36,743 bases of DNA from Octopus bimaculoides (taxonomy: Eukaryota), in the NCBI RefSeq assembly GCF_001194135.2, contig NC_068982.1, positions 149,331,839 through 149,368,581 of the forward strand, written 5' to 3'. The translations under genes were made by a program, and so were the position numbers. This document shows, piece after piece, positions 1 to 10,189 of this stretch (position 1 is its first letter; every line of letters starts with the position of its first letter). A model generated the notes under the pieces. That model saw nothing but the letters and a program-made list of their open reading frames with translations, was not told the origin of the DNA and searched no databases.

Positions 1-930
1 GAACGCAAGTAGGTACTACGTAAGTTTGTTCGAACGGACGTACGCAAGTATATATGCGAAAGAACGAACGCACGTAGGTACGGACTCTCGTTTGTTCGAA
101 CGTACGCACGTAGGTACGTACGTTCGTTGTTCGAACGTACGTACGCAAGTATATATGCGAAAGAACGAACGCACGTAGGTACGTACGTTCGTGTGTTCGA
201 ATGTACGCACGTATATATGCCAAAGAGCGAACGCACGTAGGTACGTACGTTCGTTTGATCGAACGTACGTACGCACGTATATATGCGAAAGAACGAACGC
301 ATGTAGGTACGTACGTTCTTTTGGTCGAACGTGCGTACGCACGGATATATGCGAAAGAACGAACTTACTAGGAAAGTACGTTCGTTTGTACGTACGTATA
401 TATGACAAAGAACGGACGCACGTAGGTATGGACATTCGTTTGTTCGAACGTACGCACGTATATATGCAAAAGAACGAACGCACGTAGGTACGTACGTTCG
501 TTTGTTCGAACGTACGTATGCAAGTATATATGCGAAAGAACGAACGCACGTAGGTACGTACGTTCGTGTGTTCGAATGTACGCACGTATATATGCGAAAG
601 AACGAACGCACGTAGGTACGTACGTTCGTCTGTTCGAACGTACGCACGTATATATGCGAAAGAACGAACGCTCGTAGGTACGCACGTATATATGCGAAAG
701 AACGAACGCACGTAGGTACGTACGTTCGTCTGTTCGAACGTACGCACGTATATATGCGAAAGAACGAACGCTCGTAGGTACGTACGTTCGTTTGTTCGAA
801 CGTACGTACGCACGTATATATGCGAAAGAACGTACGCACGTAGGTACGTTCAGGCAAAAGCAACGGACGAAGCTCCGCAGCTTTTAGCTCGAACGGGCAT
901 ACGTTCAGGCAAAAGCAACGGACGAAGAGT
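1..930. repeat. CpG-rich ~62-bp tandem array (satellite/minisatellite), about 13 units, ending in a 28-bp direct repeat pair
   Basis: Unit ~GTATATATGCGAAAGAACGAACGCACGTAGGTACGTACGTTCGTTTGTTCGAACGTACGCAC recurs from 1 to ~845 with 4-nt indels; TACGTTCAGGCAAAAGCAACGGACGAAG occurs at 845-872 and 900-927. Array runs off the left edge. Confidence 0.95.
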
Positions 931-934
931 GTAG

Positions 935-1385
935 CCTGCCAACAATTACGCTCGAATAGTGCTTTTAACATTCCAACGGCACAGGTGCCAATCTGGTGGT
1001 ACTGTCATCAGCCATGACAGCAATTTCATTTGCCTCAACATGTCTTTGCAAGCATAGTTTATTGTCCAATGATTGAAGAGTAATCTTAAATGGGCTGGTT
1101 ATACAGCACTGGCATAGGCCACGGTTATGGTCTCTCTTGGCTTGCAGGGTCTTCTCAAGCACAGCATATCTCCAAAGGTCTTGGTCACTTGTCATTGCCC
1201 CAGTGAGGCCCAATGTTCGAAGGTCGTGCTTCACCACCTCACCCCAGGTCTTCCTGTGTCTACCTCTTCCACAGGTTCCCTCAACTACTAGGGTGTGACA
1301 CTTTTTCCCACAGCTATCCTCATCCATTCGTACCATATGACCATACCAGCGCAGTTGTCTCGCTTGCACACCTCATCCATAAGTT
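935..1385 (-). mobile_element. 5'-truncated RTE-clade LINE: end of RT ORF plus start of 3' UTR
   Basis: ORF 1369-965 begins QARQLRWYGHMVRMDEDSCGKKCHTLVVEGTCGRGRHRKTWGEVVKHDL, the typical RTE C-terminal RWYGHV..RGRPRKTW motif; the downstream sequence matches the other RTE tails in the window (AAAAGCACTATTCGAGCG). Confidence 0.9.
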
Positions 1386-1400
1386 AATAAAATAAGTAGC

Positions 1401-1770
1401 AACAAGAGCACTCAGAGAGTGCAAACCTCTGCCAAGGCAACACCAACGTTCTCTCAATGATTAGCCAGAGATGATTTTCAAAATGAGAATATCTGAAATA
1501 AACTCGCCTGCTCTCATAAACGAAAATACTAAAAATGAACCCGACTGCTCTCAAAAAGTTAAGTAAAAAAACAGGAAAAATAATCCCAAATCCTTGTCTG
1601 GTACTGGATCAATCCCAAAATCTAATCAGTTCATGCAAGTCACAAGGCTGAACATCTCTGAAAGCTTAATCTGAATCCATCCAGTGGTTCTTGAAATATT
1701 TTGTCCACAGACGAACAAACAAACACAACTGAAAACAATATCATCACCTTTGCTAAGGTGGAGGTAATAA
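1401..1770 (-). mobile_element. Non-autonomous Helentron/Helitron2-type (DINE-1/HINE-like) element
   Basis: Hairpin GCACTC-aga-GAGTGC at 1408-1422, adjacent sub-terminal repeat ACCTCTGCC (1425-1433) inverted against GGTGGAGGT (1757-1765), second hairpin CACCTT-tgct-AAGGTG at 1745-1760, and AA/TT at both ends; no ORF. Confidence 0.65.
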
Positions 1771-2562
1771 TACTGGAAGTTGAGTCTTTCAACTTGCTGA
1801 GATATCTCTCTTTCTCCAGGAATATGTGGCCTTATGCCAGTATCAGAAATCTAAATTATTTGACCAGCCACATGTCTTACAATCTCATAGGTAATTAAAG
1901 GTCTGTATGTATATATATAAGCATAAATACAAATAAAAAAAGTTGAAAGATCTGTATTCAAGATATCACCTTAATTCATTTTAGAATATGCTGGAACAAA
2001 GACGTTGTTGGAAATCATAACAGATGGATACAATGTGTTCTAGTTGTAGCGAACACATTACTGATAAGATTTGTTGTAGCAGAATGGCACCAAATATCAA
2101 CTGCTAGAAACTGTAGACATATACAAAAGAAGAAAACAGAGATGAAGAGGAATGGAATTATTGAAATGGAAGAAAGAAAAGACAAAAATATATATTCATA
2201 AAGTAGGAACAATGAATCTGATATTGTTGGCAATCCAGGGAAAACTTAAAAATACATCATCATAACTTGCACTAACAATTGTTCTCATCTTGTTATAAGA
2301 GATATTGGATGAATAAGTGGAGGAAACCTTCAAAGAGATATAGAAAACTACCTGAACTTGATAGGCTTTGGAAAAGTTCTCTAAGTTTAAAAGTATTTGA
2401 GTACACAAAAGTGAGGGTAAAATATCATGTGAAACCAGACAAAATATTTTGAAACCAATACACCTGAGTAAATGATTGTTATCAATCAATACAATTGAGC
2501 AAATGATTAATATATATCCTTATCATCAATCAGTACTGTGACAAAATATTTGTGAGAGATCT

Positions 2563-2755
2563 TTTATCTTTTACTTGTATCAGAGAAATTTTTAATCAAA
2601 TCAATTGAATGAATTAACTTCAGTACTTATTTTTTTTAAAACTTGGTACTTATTCTCTTGGTCTCTTTTGCTGAACTGCTAAGTTATAGGGACATAAACA
2701 CATTAACACCAGTTGTCAAGAGATGGTGGGTGGACAAACACAAACACACACATAA

Positions 2756-2803
<48 letters not shown>

Positions 2804-2946
2804 TGGGCTTCTTTTAGTTTCCATCTACCAAATCCACTCACAAGGCTTTTTGTTAGCCCAAGACTATAGTAGAAGACACTTGCCCAAGGTACCACACAGT
2901 GGGACTAAACCTATGGTTGAGAAGCAATCTTCTTATTTCGCAGCCA
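2563..2946 (-). mobile_element. tRNA-derived CORE-type SINE with internal (TA)n
   Basis: Reverse strand reads head, ACCTTGGGCAAGTGTCTT core, (TA)n at 2758-2800, then the conserved tail; same architecture as copies at 22680, 26561 and 29256. Confidence 0.85.
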
Positions 2947-3022
2947 AGGTGGCTGGGCTGTCATGTAAATTCACTTGCCCCTTTGGAAAAAAAAGTAGAG
3001 ATCCTTCTGAGAACATCTAAAC

Positions 3023-3060
3023 CAGGTATGGGCAACCGTTTTTGAGAAGTGGGTAGCATG
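3023..3060 (+). mobile_element. Isolated hAT (Charlie-like) left end
   Basis: ATCTAAAC followed by CAGGTATGGGCAACCGTTTTTGAG resembles a Charlie-type target plus TIR; no partner end found. Confidence 0.35.
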
Positions 3061-3395
3061 AGACATGGCTTATCATCAGGTGAGTCACACCACTAAAAAC
3101 TTTTAAGGTAATTTTTCATTATGCCACAAAGAAAATTCAGATTTTATGGGTACATTTATTTTTTGGAGGATGGATAGTTGTTATATCTGATACCTGATCA
3201 GGAGGGTTTCTTAGACTAGTAACTGTCTGTGTACTTTGAATGAGATCAATGAACAGCCTTCACATTTCCTGGCTTTATCTCTGTCTTTATTGCTAAGAAA
3301 TGGAATGGAATTCTAGTTATAAATATTGATAGAACATTGGCTAAGGCATAAATAGTGGAATATAACAGCCCTTTAAATTCCTTCAAACACTTTTT

Positions 3396-3778
3396 ATTAC
3401 TGATAAACAGATTCAGGCATGATTTTTTTCACACTGAAAAAGTATGGACATAAGTCAATAAGAGAAGTAGAAATCTTGTTAGGATAATAAGATTTACTAA
3501 TAGGGAATTAACCAGATTCACNNNNNNNNNNNNNNNNNNNNNNNNNNNNNNNNNNNNNNNNNNNNNNNNNNNNNNNNNNNNNNNNNNNNNNNNNNNNNNN
3601 NNNNNNNNNNNNNNNNNNNNNNNNNNNNNNNNNNNNNNNNNNNNNNNNNNNNATTACTGATAAACAGATTCAGGCATGATTTTTTTCACACTGAAGAAGT
3701 ATGGACATAAGTCAATAAGAGAAGTAGAAATCTTGTTAGGATAATAAGATTTACTAATAGGGAATTAACCAGATTCAC
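3396..3778. other. 126-bp sequence duplicated on both sides of a 131-N gap (probable assembly overlap)
   Basis: 3396-3521 equals 3653-3778 except GAAAAAGTA vs GAAGAAGTA; Ns at 3522-3652. Confidence 0.9.
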
Positions 3779-4683
3779 ATAGTTTTAAATAGTAATGTAG
3801 TGTATACTGACTAATCAGATTATATGAACTCTATATGGAAGACCAAGGGTATAAAAACTCAGTGCATCAGTTATGACACAAAATGTTTAGAGATGATGTG
3901 ATAACCATCTAAATTAAAGAAAGATCAAAGGTACATTAAAATAAAATAAGCAAACAAATTGAGACCTTTAAGAAGGAGGGGGAGAAGAATAGATGAAAAT
4001 ACCTCCAGATGGATCTTTTAAATTAGAAACGAATATAATTAAAAGAATAAGGACTTTGCTTGAATAGTTCTTGAATGCCAAACATTAGGGTTATGTAGTT
4101 AAAGCTAAAATAGATACAATTGAGTAGACAGTCTAGCTAGAGTCATAAAAGGTCTAGGCAGAACAAGAGAAGCACATAGAAATATTAGAGATAGCTTAAA
4201 ATCTCTGATAAATCGAGAATTAAATTATGATCCAAATTCCAAATAAATCAGAGAATATTTCTAAGATGACAAGTGCATCCAGTGACTGAGGGTTGATGTT
4301 GATAGACCTCAAAGCCTATCTGAACTGTCTATATCATCGATCAAGTCCAAGCATGTATTATTCTTCAAAAAATGGTGCGAGATAATTTTCATGTATAGAG
4401 AAAAACCATTGAGCTGGTTGGGTTAAAACCTGGCTTCAGTGTAGTTTTAATTTGCTTAGAATAGTGAAAAGTCTTCAACAGAATTAAAAAATGAATAAAT
4501 AAATATTTGAAGCAAGTTCTTTCAGTATTTGTAGCTCAAACTGACTTTCCAATAATTGATGCATGGCAGAGAATTTCTTTCCTTCTAGAAAATGACATTT
4601 TCTTAAATAAATTAAAAATTAAAATATCAATTCATGAAGAATAACTATTCCCACCTCTTTTACATGTACAGTCATTAGAAATA

Positions 4684-5006
4684 CTGCTGGTGGCACGTAA
4701 AAAACCAACCTTTGAACGTTGGGCCTCATGGAGGCAAAGTGGCTGAGTTCCTTTCGAGTATTGGGCTTCACAGAGGCAGGGTGGCTGAATTCTTTAGAAG
4801 CATTGAGCCTCATGGAGGCAAAGTGGCTGAGTTCCTTTCGAGAGTTGGGCCACGCAGAGGCAATGACCAAGACCAAGACCCATCAAGCCAAGCAAAATCA
4901 CACTCATGGCAGATACCAGTGTCACACAAATGGCACCCATGCCAGTGACATGTAAAGCACCCATTACACTCACAGAGTGGTTGGCATTAGGAAGGACATT
5001 CAGCCG
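4684..5006 (+). mobile_element. RTE-LINE 3' UTR fragment carrying a 42-bp internal tandem repeat, 3' end missing
   Basis: GGTGGCACGTAAAAA start, 42-bp units at 4718, 4760, 4802 and partial 4844, then GCACCCATTACACTC...GAGTGGTTGGCATTAGGAAGG tail motif; stops before the (GAT)n tail. Confidence 0.8.
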
Positions 5007-5538
5007 TAATGTAGTATTACAAATACTACATTATAAAATGGATGTATTAAGCTGGATTCCTCATTGAGTGGTATATCAAACAGTAAGATAGGTTTAAGTA
5101 AATCATATGACTATTATGGTAAGTTTTCTATTAGGCATTGACGTAGTAGTTACCAAATTAAAGGGATACAAAAATGTATCAACAGCAAAATTCATCCCAG
5201 AAAAATCCATTCAGTTGTTTCTGAGTATTCAGGAAAGAAAATCCTTACAATCAGATGTTTTTAAGCAAACCAATAAAGCTACCGGAATTTTTTACTTGAA
5301 TCAAACTTTCATATGAACCAAACTTGGATGGAGGCATCAGACAGAATTGTGGAACTGATGAATCATTTGGCCAAGAGGTCATTTTAATTAGGTCAGGCTA
5401 TCATAAATGCATACATAACCTTCAAAATCTGATCCCAGTTGTCTGTTGCTCCCAATTCAGATAAAAACACCGATTTTTATGAAGTTATTCCAATTTTTAT
5501 AGAACAGACGTCCTTTAGTCAGTGGTTCTTCCAATATA

Positions 5539-5665
5539 CAGGGTGTCCACAAAGTCTGGGTACACGGGGATTAACACATACTTTAAGAAATTATTATTTC
5601 TTATATTTAATTGTTTATGTTTTGATTTTATTTACTCCATGTAGCCAGACTTTATGGACACCCTG
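5539..5665. mobile_element. 127-bp Tc1/mariner-type MITE
   Basis: TA then CAGGGTGTCCACAAAGTCTGGGTACAC at 5539; inverted copy ...ATGTAGCCAGACTTTATGGACACCCTG ending 5665 (right TA mutated to AA). Confidence 0.85.
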
Positions 5666-5857
5666 AAGCCACTAAATTTGAACATGTAAAGGATGCATTA
5701 TGGGTGAGGGATATGTAGATATATAAGCAATAAATAGTACTCTATGGAGAAGAGTTTCTCTTAATCAGAAACCAGGTGCAAGAAATTTATTTAGTGGAAC
5801 AGTAAAAATCTGCAAGACTTTTCTCTCAAGTTCAACATATGACTTTGTTTTCATTAT

Positions 5858-6066
5858 CTGGTGGTGGTGGTGCTGCTGCTGCTGCTGCTGCTGCTGGTAG
5901 TGCTGGTGCTGGTGGTGCTTGTGCTAGTGCTGGTGGTAGTGGTGCTGGTGGTAGTGGTGCTGGTGCTGGTGCTGGTGGTGATGGTGGTGGTGGTGGTGGT
6001 GCTGGTGCTGGTGCTGCTGGTACTGGTGCTGGTACTGATACTGGTGGTCGTGGTGGTGGTGGTGGT
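5858..6066. repeat. Compound (GGT/GCT/GTA)n trinucleotide array
   Basis: Direct inspection; generates the Gly/Ala, Thr/Ser, Val/Leu and His/Gln pseudo-ORFs. Confidence 0.95.
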
Positions 6067-6230
6067 TACCACAGGTCCGTCTTGATTGAACAGACTTAAG
6101 CCATTTGATCGACAAACATCAGATTTCTTTTTCTTGTATTTTTCTACTATAGTGTACTATTTAAGATGATAGAGTGTGGCTTGAGGGAGATTTGGCTGCT
6201 ACTACCAGTTCAAGCAACTGTATAGACGTT
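6067..6230 (-). mobile_element. 3' segment of a dispersed SINE-like repeat family (TAGAAATAGCAGCCAAATCTCCCTC family)
   Basis: GAGGGAGATTTGGCTGCTACTA at ~6183-6204 is the reverse of the motif seen on + at ~27260 and ~25830. Confidence 0.55.
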
Positions 6231-6859
6231 TTTTTATTGGCTTGTTGAGTTTCAGCATTTACACTGACATTGATTCCAAGCATTACACCTCTCACACATT
6301 CACGCTACCCATCCACCCAGTTTTACAGAAACTGACCTTGTATTAAGTCAAAAGAAATCACTATGAAATGTTCATAACTGTAGTAGATCTTTCAAGAAAT
6401 CCTGTGTAATATTTATAAAAACATAAAACTTTCTATTGAAGCAAACAACAAAACCAAAACTAAATTATAAAAAGAATAAGATCTGTATAAATAACAAAAA
6501 ATAACATGAAAAATAACTGAGACAGTGTCAAAGATGGTGGAAATATTAAAAAATTTACAAGAATGTTTAGTTTATAGAGAAGGAAAAAAAATACAGGATG
6601 TGTTGAATACATACTGTGATATAATGTTAAATAAATAATGCCTCCAGCAATATTAATAAAAAAAAATAAGGATATAATAGATACCAAAATGAAAGAGATA
6701 TAACGACCTAAAGGAATAATAAATAAAACAAGAAAATATAAGCCAAATGGTTTCAGTCAGGTATTTCCAGCTTTGTTTTTTGTTGCATTTTTTTGGAGGG
6801 GGGGAGTCTTTGTTGTTTTCTTTTGTTATTTTTCAACTTGATTTTTTTTTTTTATCTCT

Positions 6860-7038
6860 TTTATCCTTTTACTTGCTTCTGGAGTTGGACTATGGCCATG
6901 TCAGAACACTGCTTTCCTTTCTTTTATTCTTTTATCTGTTTCAGTCATTTGACTGCGGCCATGTTGGAGCACCACCTTGAAGGGCTTTAGTTGAATAAAT
7001 CAACACCCGGGCTTATTTTAAAAGCCTAGTATTTATTC
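6860..7038 (-). mobile_element. Two adjacent SINE 3' tail fragments
   Basis: TTTTACTTG..GACT..GGCCATG..GAACAC and CTGTTTCAGTCATTTGACTGCGGCCATGTTGGAGCAC match the CORE-SINE tail at 29270-29320. Confidence 0.75.
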
Positions 7039-7039
7039 C

Positions 7040-7310
7040 GTGCTGGCATGGGTTGGACAGTTTGACAGGAGCTGACCAACCAGAGAGCTGCCCTGGCTCC
7101 AGTTGTCTGTTTTGGCATGGTTTCTATGGCTAGATGCTCTTCCTAACACCAACTGCTTTTACAAAGTGTGCTTGGCATGGGTACTTTTGCACAGCATTGC
7201 CACGAGTGCATATTATGTGGCATCAGCACAAGTGTATTTTAGATGGCACTAACATAAGTGCAATGTACATAGTACCTGCATGAGTGCATTTTATGTAACA
7301 CCAGCACCCA
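7040..7310 (-). mobile_element. RTE-tail fragment, diverged
   Basis: GCTGGCATGGGTTGGACAGTTTGAC...GGCTAGATGCTCTTCCTAACACCAAC matches the other tails. Confidence 0.75.
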
Positions 7311-7378
7311 CAAGAGAAAGAACTTTTGGCTGGGAGAAAGCTTGTAGTCTTTGTCTTGCTGATGCCAAAGCAACATAA

Positions 7379-8545
7379 TATCATCATCATCATCATCATC
7401 ATCACCATTTAACGTCAGCTTTCCATGCTGGCATTGGTTGGATGGTTTGACAGGAGCTAGTCAGGTAGAAGACGACACCAGACTTCTGTATCTGTTTTGG
7501 AATGGTTTTAACAGCTGGGTGCCCTTCCTAACACCAGCTACCCTACAGAGTGGACTGAGTGCTTTTTATGTAGCACCAGCACAGGTGAGGTTAGTTTTGG
7601 CATGGTTTTTACAACTGGGTACCCTTCCAAATGCCATCCTCTTTACAGTGTGGACTGGATGCTTTTTTAAGTAACACTAGCACGATCACCAAGTAACTTG
7701 CATGACAAAGAATTTTGAGAGGAGAGGTGGGGTATTAGAGGAGGTGATCTTGTGTCAGGTGATAAAAGATTATAGCAAGACAGAGAGACAGAAAAAGGTG
7801 TCTTGCTGCAGAGGAAGTACATAGTTACCTGGCCAGCAGAGAGAGAGTGATCAAGAATGAGGACAGAAACAGATGTGCTGCTGTAAAGGAGATACATGGT
7901 TACTCAGCCTGAGGGAAGAGCCGGAGTAGGAGAGAGAGAGACAGTGGGAGATAGCAAGAGTACAAGAGGGAGCAAGAGAGAGATGGTGGTGAAGTGCTGG
8001 GCATACTACAAGGGTCAGGGATCAGAATATAAATGGGATGGTAAAGTAAAAGAAGAGAAAGATAGATGGTGACAAGTGCCAAGACATACATACCCTTCAT
8101 ACATACCCTTCAGGCATGGAGGTCAGGACATAAGTCACAGGGCATTGCCAAAAGAGCATGAGTAGAGAGTGGTGGTGGGGAATGCAGTGAGTGGTGAAAA
8201 CCTGAGTATATAGAGCAGAGGGTGAGAGATACTGGATAGCAATGACACAGTGAGCAGGGCCATGAGGACAAGATTGAGGAGTGAGAGATAAGCGTAGTGC
8301 ATGAAAGAGGAAGAGAAGAGATGTAGTTTGGTTTGTTGGCATAGAGTGTGTGGGAAATTTTATTGTTACATGTGGGTGGAACACAGTGCTTCTAGAACTC
8401 AGTTTTGCTGATGTGGGCATGTCTTTTCAAGAACCTCATATTACCAGACATCTCAGTCCATTGTCATTTCCTCCATGGGGCCCAACATCCAGAGATCAGT
8501 CCTCACCACTTCATCTCATGTCTTCCTGGGTCTCCCTCTTCTGCG
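7379..8545 (-). mobile_element. Old RTE LINE 3' end: RT C-terminus, ~1-kb 3' UTR, (GAT)n tail
   Basis: 8545-8380 translates RRGRPRKT*DEVVRTDLWMLGPMEEMTMD*DVW*YEVLEKT (cf. the 965-1369 ORF); (CAT)n at 7379-7405 plus the tail motif. Continuity of the purine-rich middle with both ends is inferred. Confidence 0.7.
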
Positions 8546-8580
8546 GTGATCAGCATGTGTGCATGTATGTGTGGAGAGAG

Positions 8581-8596
8581 GGGGAGAGGGGGAGAT

Positions 8597-8669
<73 letters not shown>
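8581..8669. repeat. (GA)n microsatellite
   Basis: Direct inspection. Confidence 0.95.
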
Positions 8670-8673
<4 letters not shown>

Positions 8674-8762
8674 AAGTATAAACATCACAAAATAACAGCT
8701 TGGAAATGAAGAGCTTAATTAATAACAAATCATTAAACTCTGACATACTATTACATTACAGT

Positions 8763-9035
8763 ATCATCATCATCCTCATCGTCATCATCGTTTAACGTCA
8801 GTTTTCCATGCTAGCATGGGTTGGACGGAACAGTTCAACCAGAGTCTAGGAAGCCAGGAGGCTGCACCAGGCCCCAATCTGATCTGACAGTGTTTCTACT
8901 GCTGGATGCCCTTTCTAACGCCAACCACTCCATGAGTGTAGTGGGTGCTTTTACGTGCCACCGGCACAGGGGCCAGAGGAGGCTGGCAACAGCCATGATT
9001 GGTTGGTGCTTTTTACATGCCACCGGCACGGAAGA
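8763..9035 (-). mobile_element. RTE-tail element with (GAT)n tail
   Basis: (CAT)n-CGTTTAACGTCAGTTTTCCATGCTAGCATGGGTTGGACG...GTGGGTGCTTTTACGTGCCACCGGCAC. Confidence 0.9.
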
Positions 9036-9149
9036 TATATATAGGCATAACTGATTTGCATGCATTGCTAAACTAATTGTATAAATCATTTTATACAATC
9101 ATGATTGCTAAAAGGATTGTATATTTAGAATAAAAGCAGTAAAGCATAC

Positions 9150-9237
9150 ATTTCACATACAGGTGCCATGCAGTGGGACTGAAGCCTGAACCATGTGGTT
9201 GGGAAGCAAGCTTCTTACCACACAGCCATGCCTGTGC
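9150..9237 (-). mobile_element. CORE-SINE head fragment
   Basis: GGTGCCATGCAGTGGGACTGAA...CCATGTGGTTGGGAAGCAAGCTTCTTACCACACAGCCA matches 29705-29775. Confidence 0.8.
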
Positions 9238-9641
9238 CAAGAATTAACACTGTGAACAAGATGTTCAAAATTCAGCAATGTCTGTGTGCTTGAAGCTCTT
9301 TATAGTGAGGAAAGAGTCTTTGCATGGGACCAATCGCAGTCTCTAAACAACATATCTATTCACACCTGATTGAAGTCAGCTCATAACCAAGTACAACTAC
9401 TTTCTGAATATTGACAGCATCTCTTATCATAGGTTTATTTGTCACTTGTGACTTCTGAGATGGTTCTTAAAGTCTAACCAGTGATTTGCAACTCATACTG
9501 TAAATTCTTGGACCACATGGAAAGATCAACAGGAGTAATATTTTGTGTCCCAGGATCATGAGACTCCATTCATGGCTGAGCAATTCCAATTTTGAAAGGC
9601 ATACATAATGACAGGTCTTGCATTGCAGGAACTGTCTAGAG

Positions 9642-9915
9642 CAGGCCACTTTAATCACAAAAAGTTTTTTGAGAGCCGCTTATATACTGACAGAATCGAA
9701 AGCATTTTGCTTTCTCATGTTATTATTACAATAATGACTGAATAATCGTTGATTCAACATGAAATATGATTAGTTTTCATTGCAGTCTTTAATTTTTGAT
9801 CACATTTTTAAAATGTTTGTTTAAGTAAACCCATTTCCAGAAAGTACCAAGTGGGCTGCAAGATAGAAGTCTGCAGGCCACATACAGCCCGTGGGCCTCA
9901 GTTTGGCCAGCCCTC
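9642..9915. mobile_element. 274-bp hAT-Charlie-type MITE with 8-bp target-site duplication
   Basis: GTCTAGAG (9634-9641) and GTCTAGAA (9916-9923) flank it, matching the NTCTAGAN Charlie target; right end GTGGGCCTCAGTTTGGCCAGCCCTC is a typical Charlie/MER58-like terminus; left TIR eroded. Confidence 0.75.
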
Positions 9916-10189
9916 GTCTAGAACCTCTTTCTGGAAGTGGTGCTACAATCTTCATATGTCTTATTGTATACTTCAGCAGAGCATATGCTGTACACTCAAT
10001 CCCAAACTCATCAACACTGTTGATAACCAAACTTCTCTGCACTTGTCTGGGACTTGGCCTTGCCAGGTGTTGATGTCAATGCTGCTTTCCTTTAGTAACT
10101 CATTCACAAACTTTTTATATCCCTCCTTCATCTGGCATCGCATGCACTTTTCCTGCTTTTATATCACCATACTGTACCTGCTTTGACAA

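Noticed and set aside
16-813. 265-aa ORF and overlapping ORFs
   Set aside because: Translation of the 62-bp satellite, which lacks stops on that strand; periodic peptide with no splice or start context.
1-930. CRISPR-like array
   Set aside because: No unique spacers, units are contiguous, context is eukaryotic and there are no cas genes.
957-961. CACTA terminus suggesting an EnSpm element end
   Set aside because: It lies within the RTE UTR motif AAAAGCAC(C/T)ATTCGAGCG, also seen at ~30590 and ~32640, so it is coincidental.
2030-2105. LIM-like peptide MCSSCSEHITDKICC
   Set aside because: Bounded by stops, no acceptor tract, and the remaining zinc ligands are missing.
3470-4450. Possible decayed LINE endonuclease/RT (LLIGN, LMLIDLKAY)
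   Set aside because: Only two short motif resemblances; too weak to call.
5839-6115. Gly/Ala-, Thr-, Val- and His/Gln-rich ORFs
   Set aside because: All are frames of one trinucleotide array.
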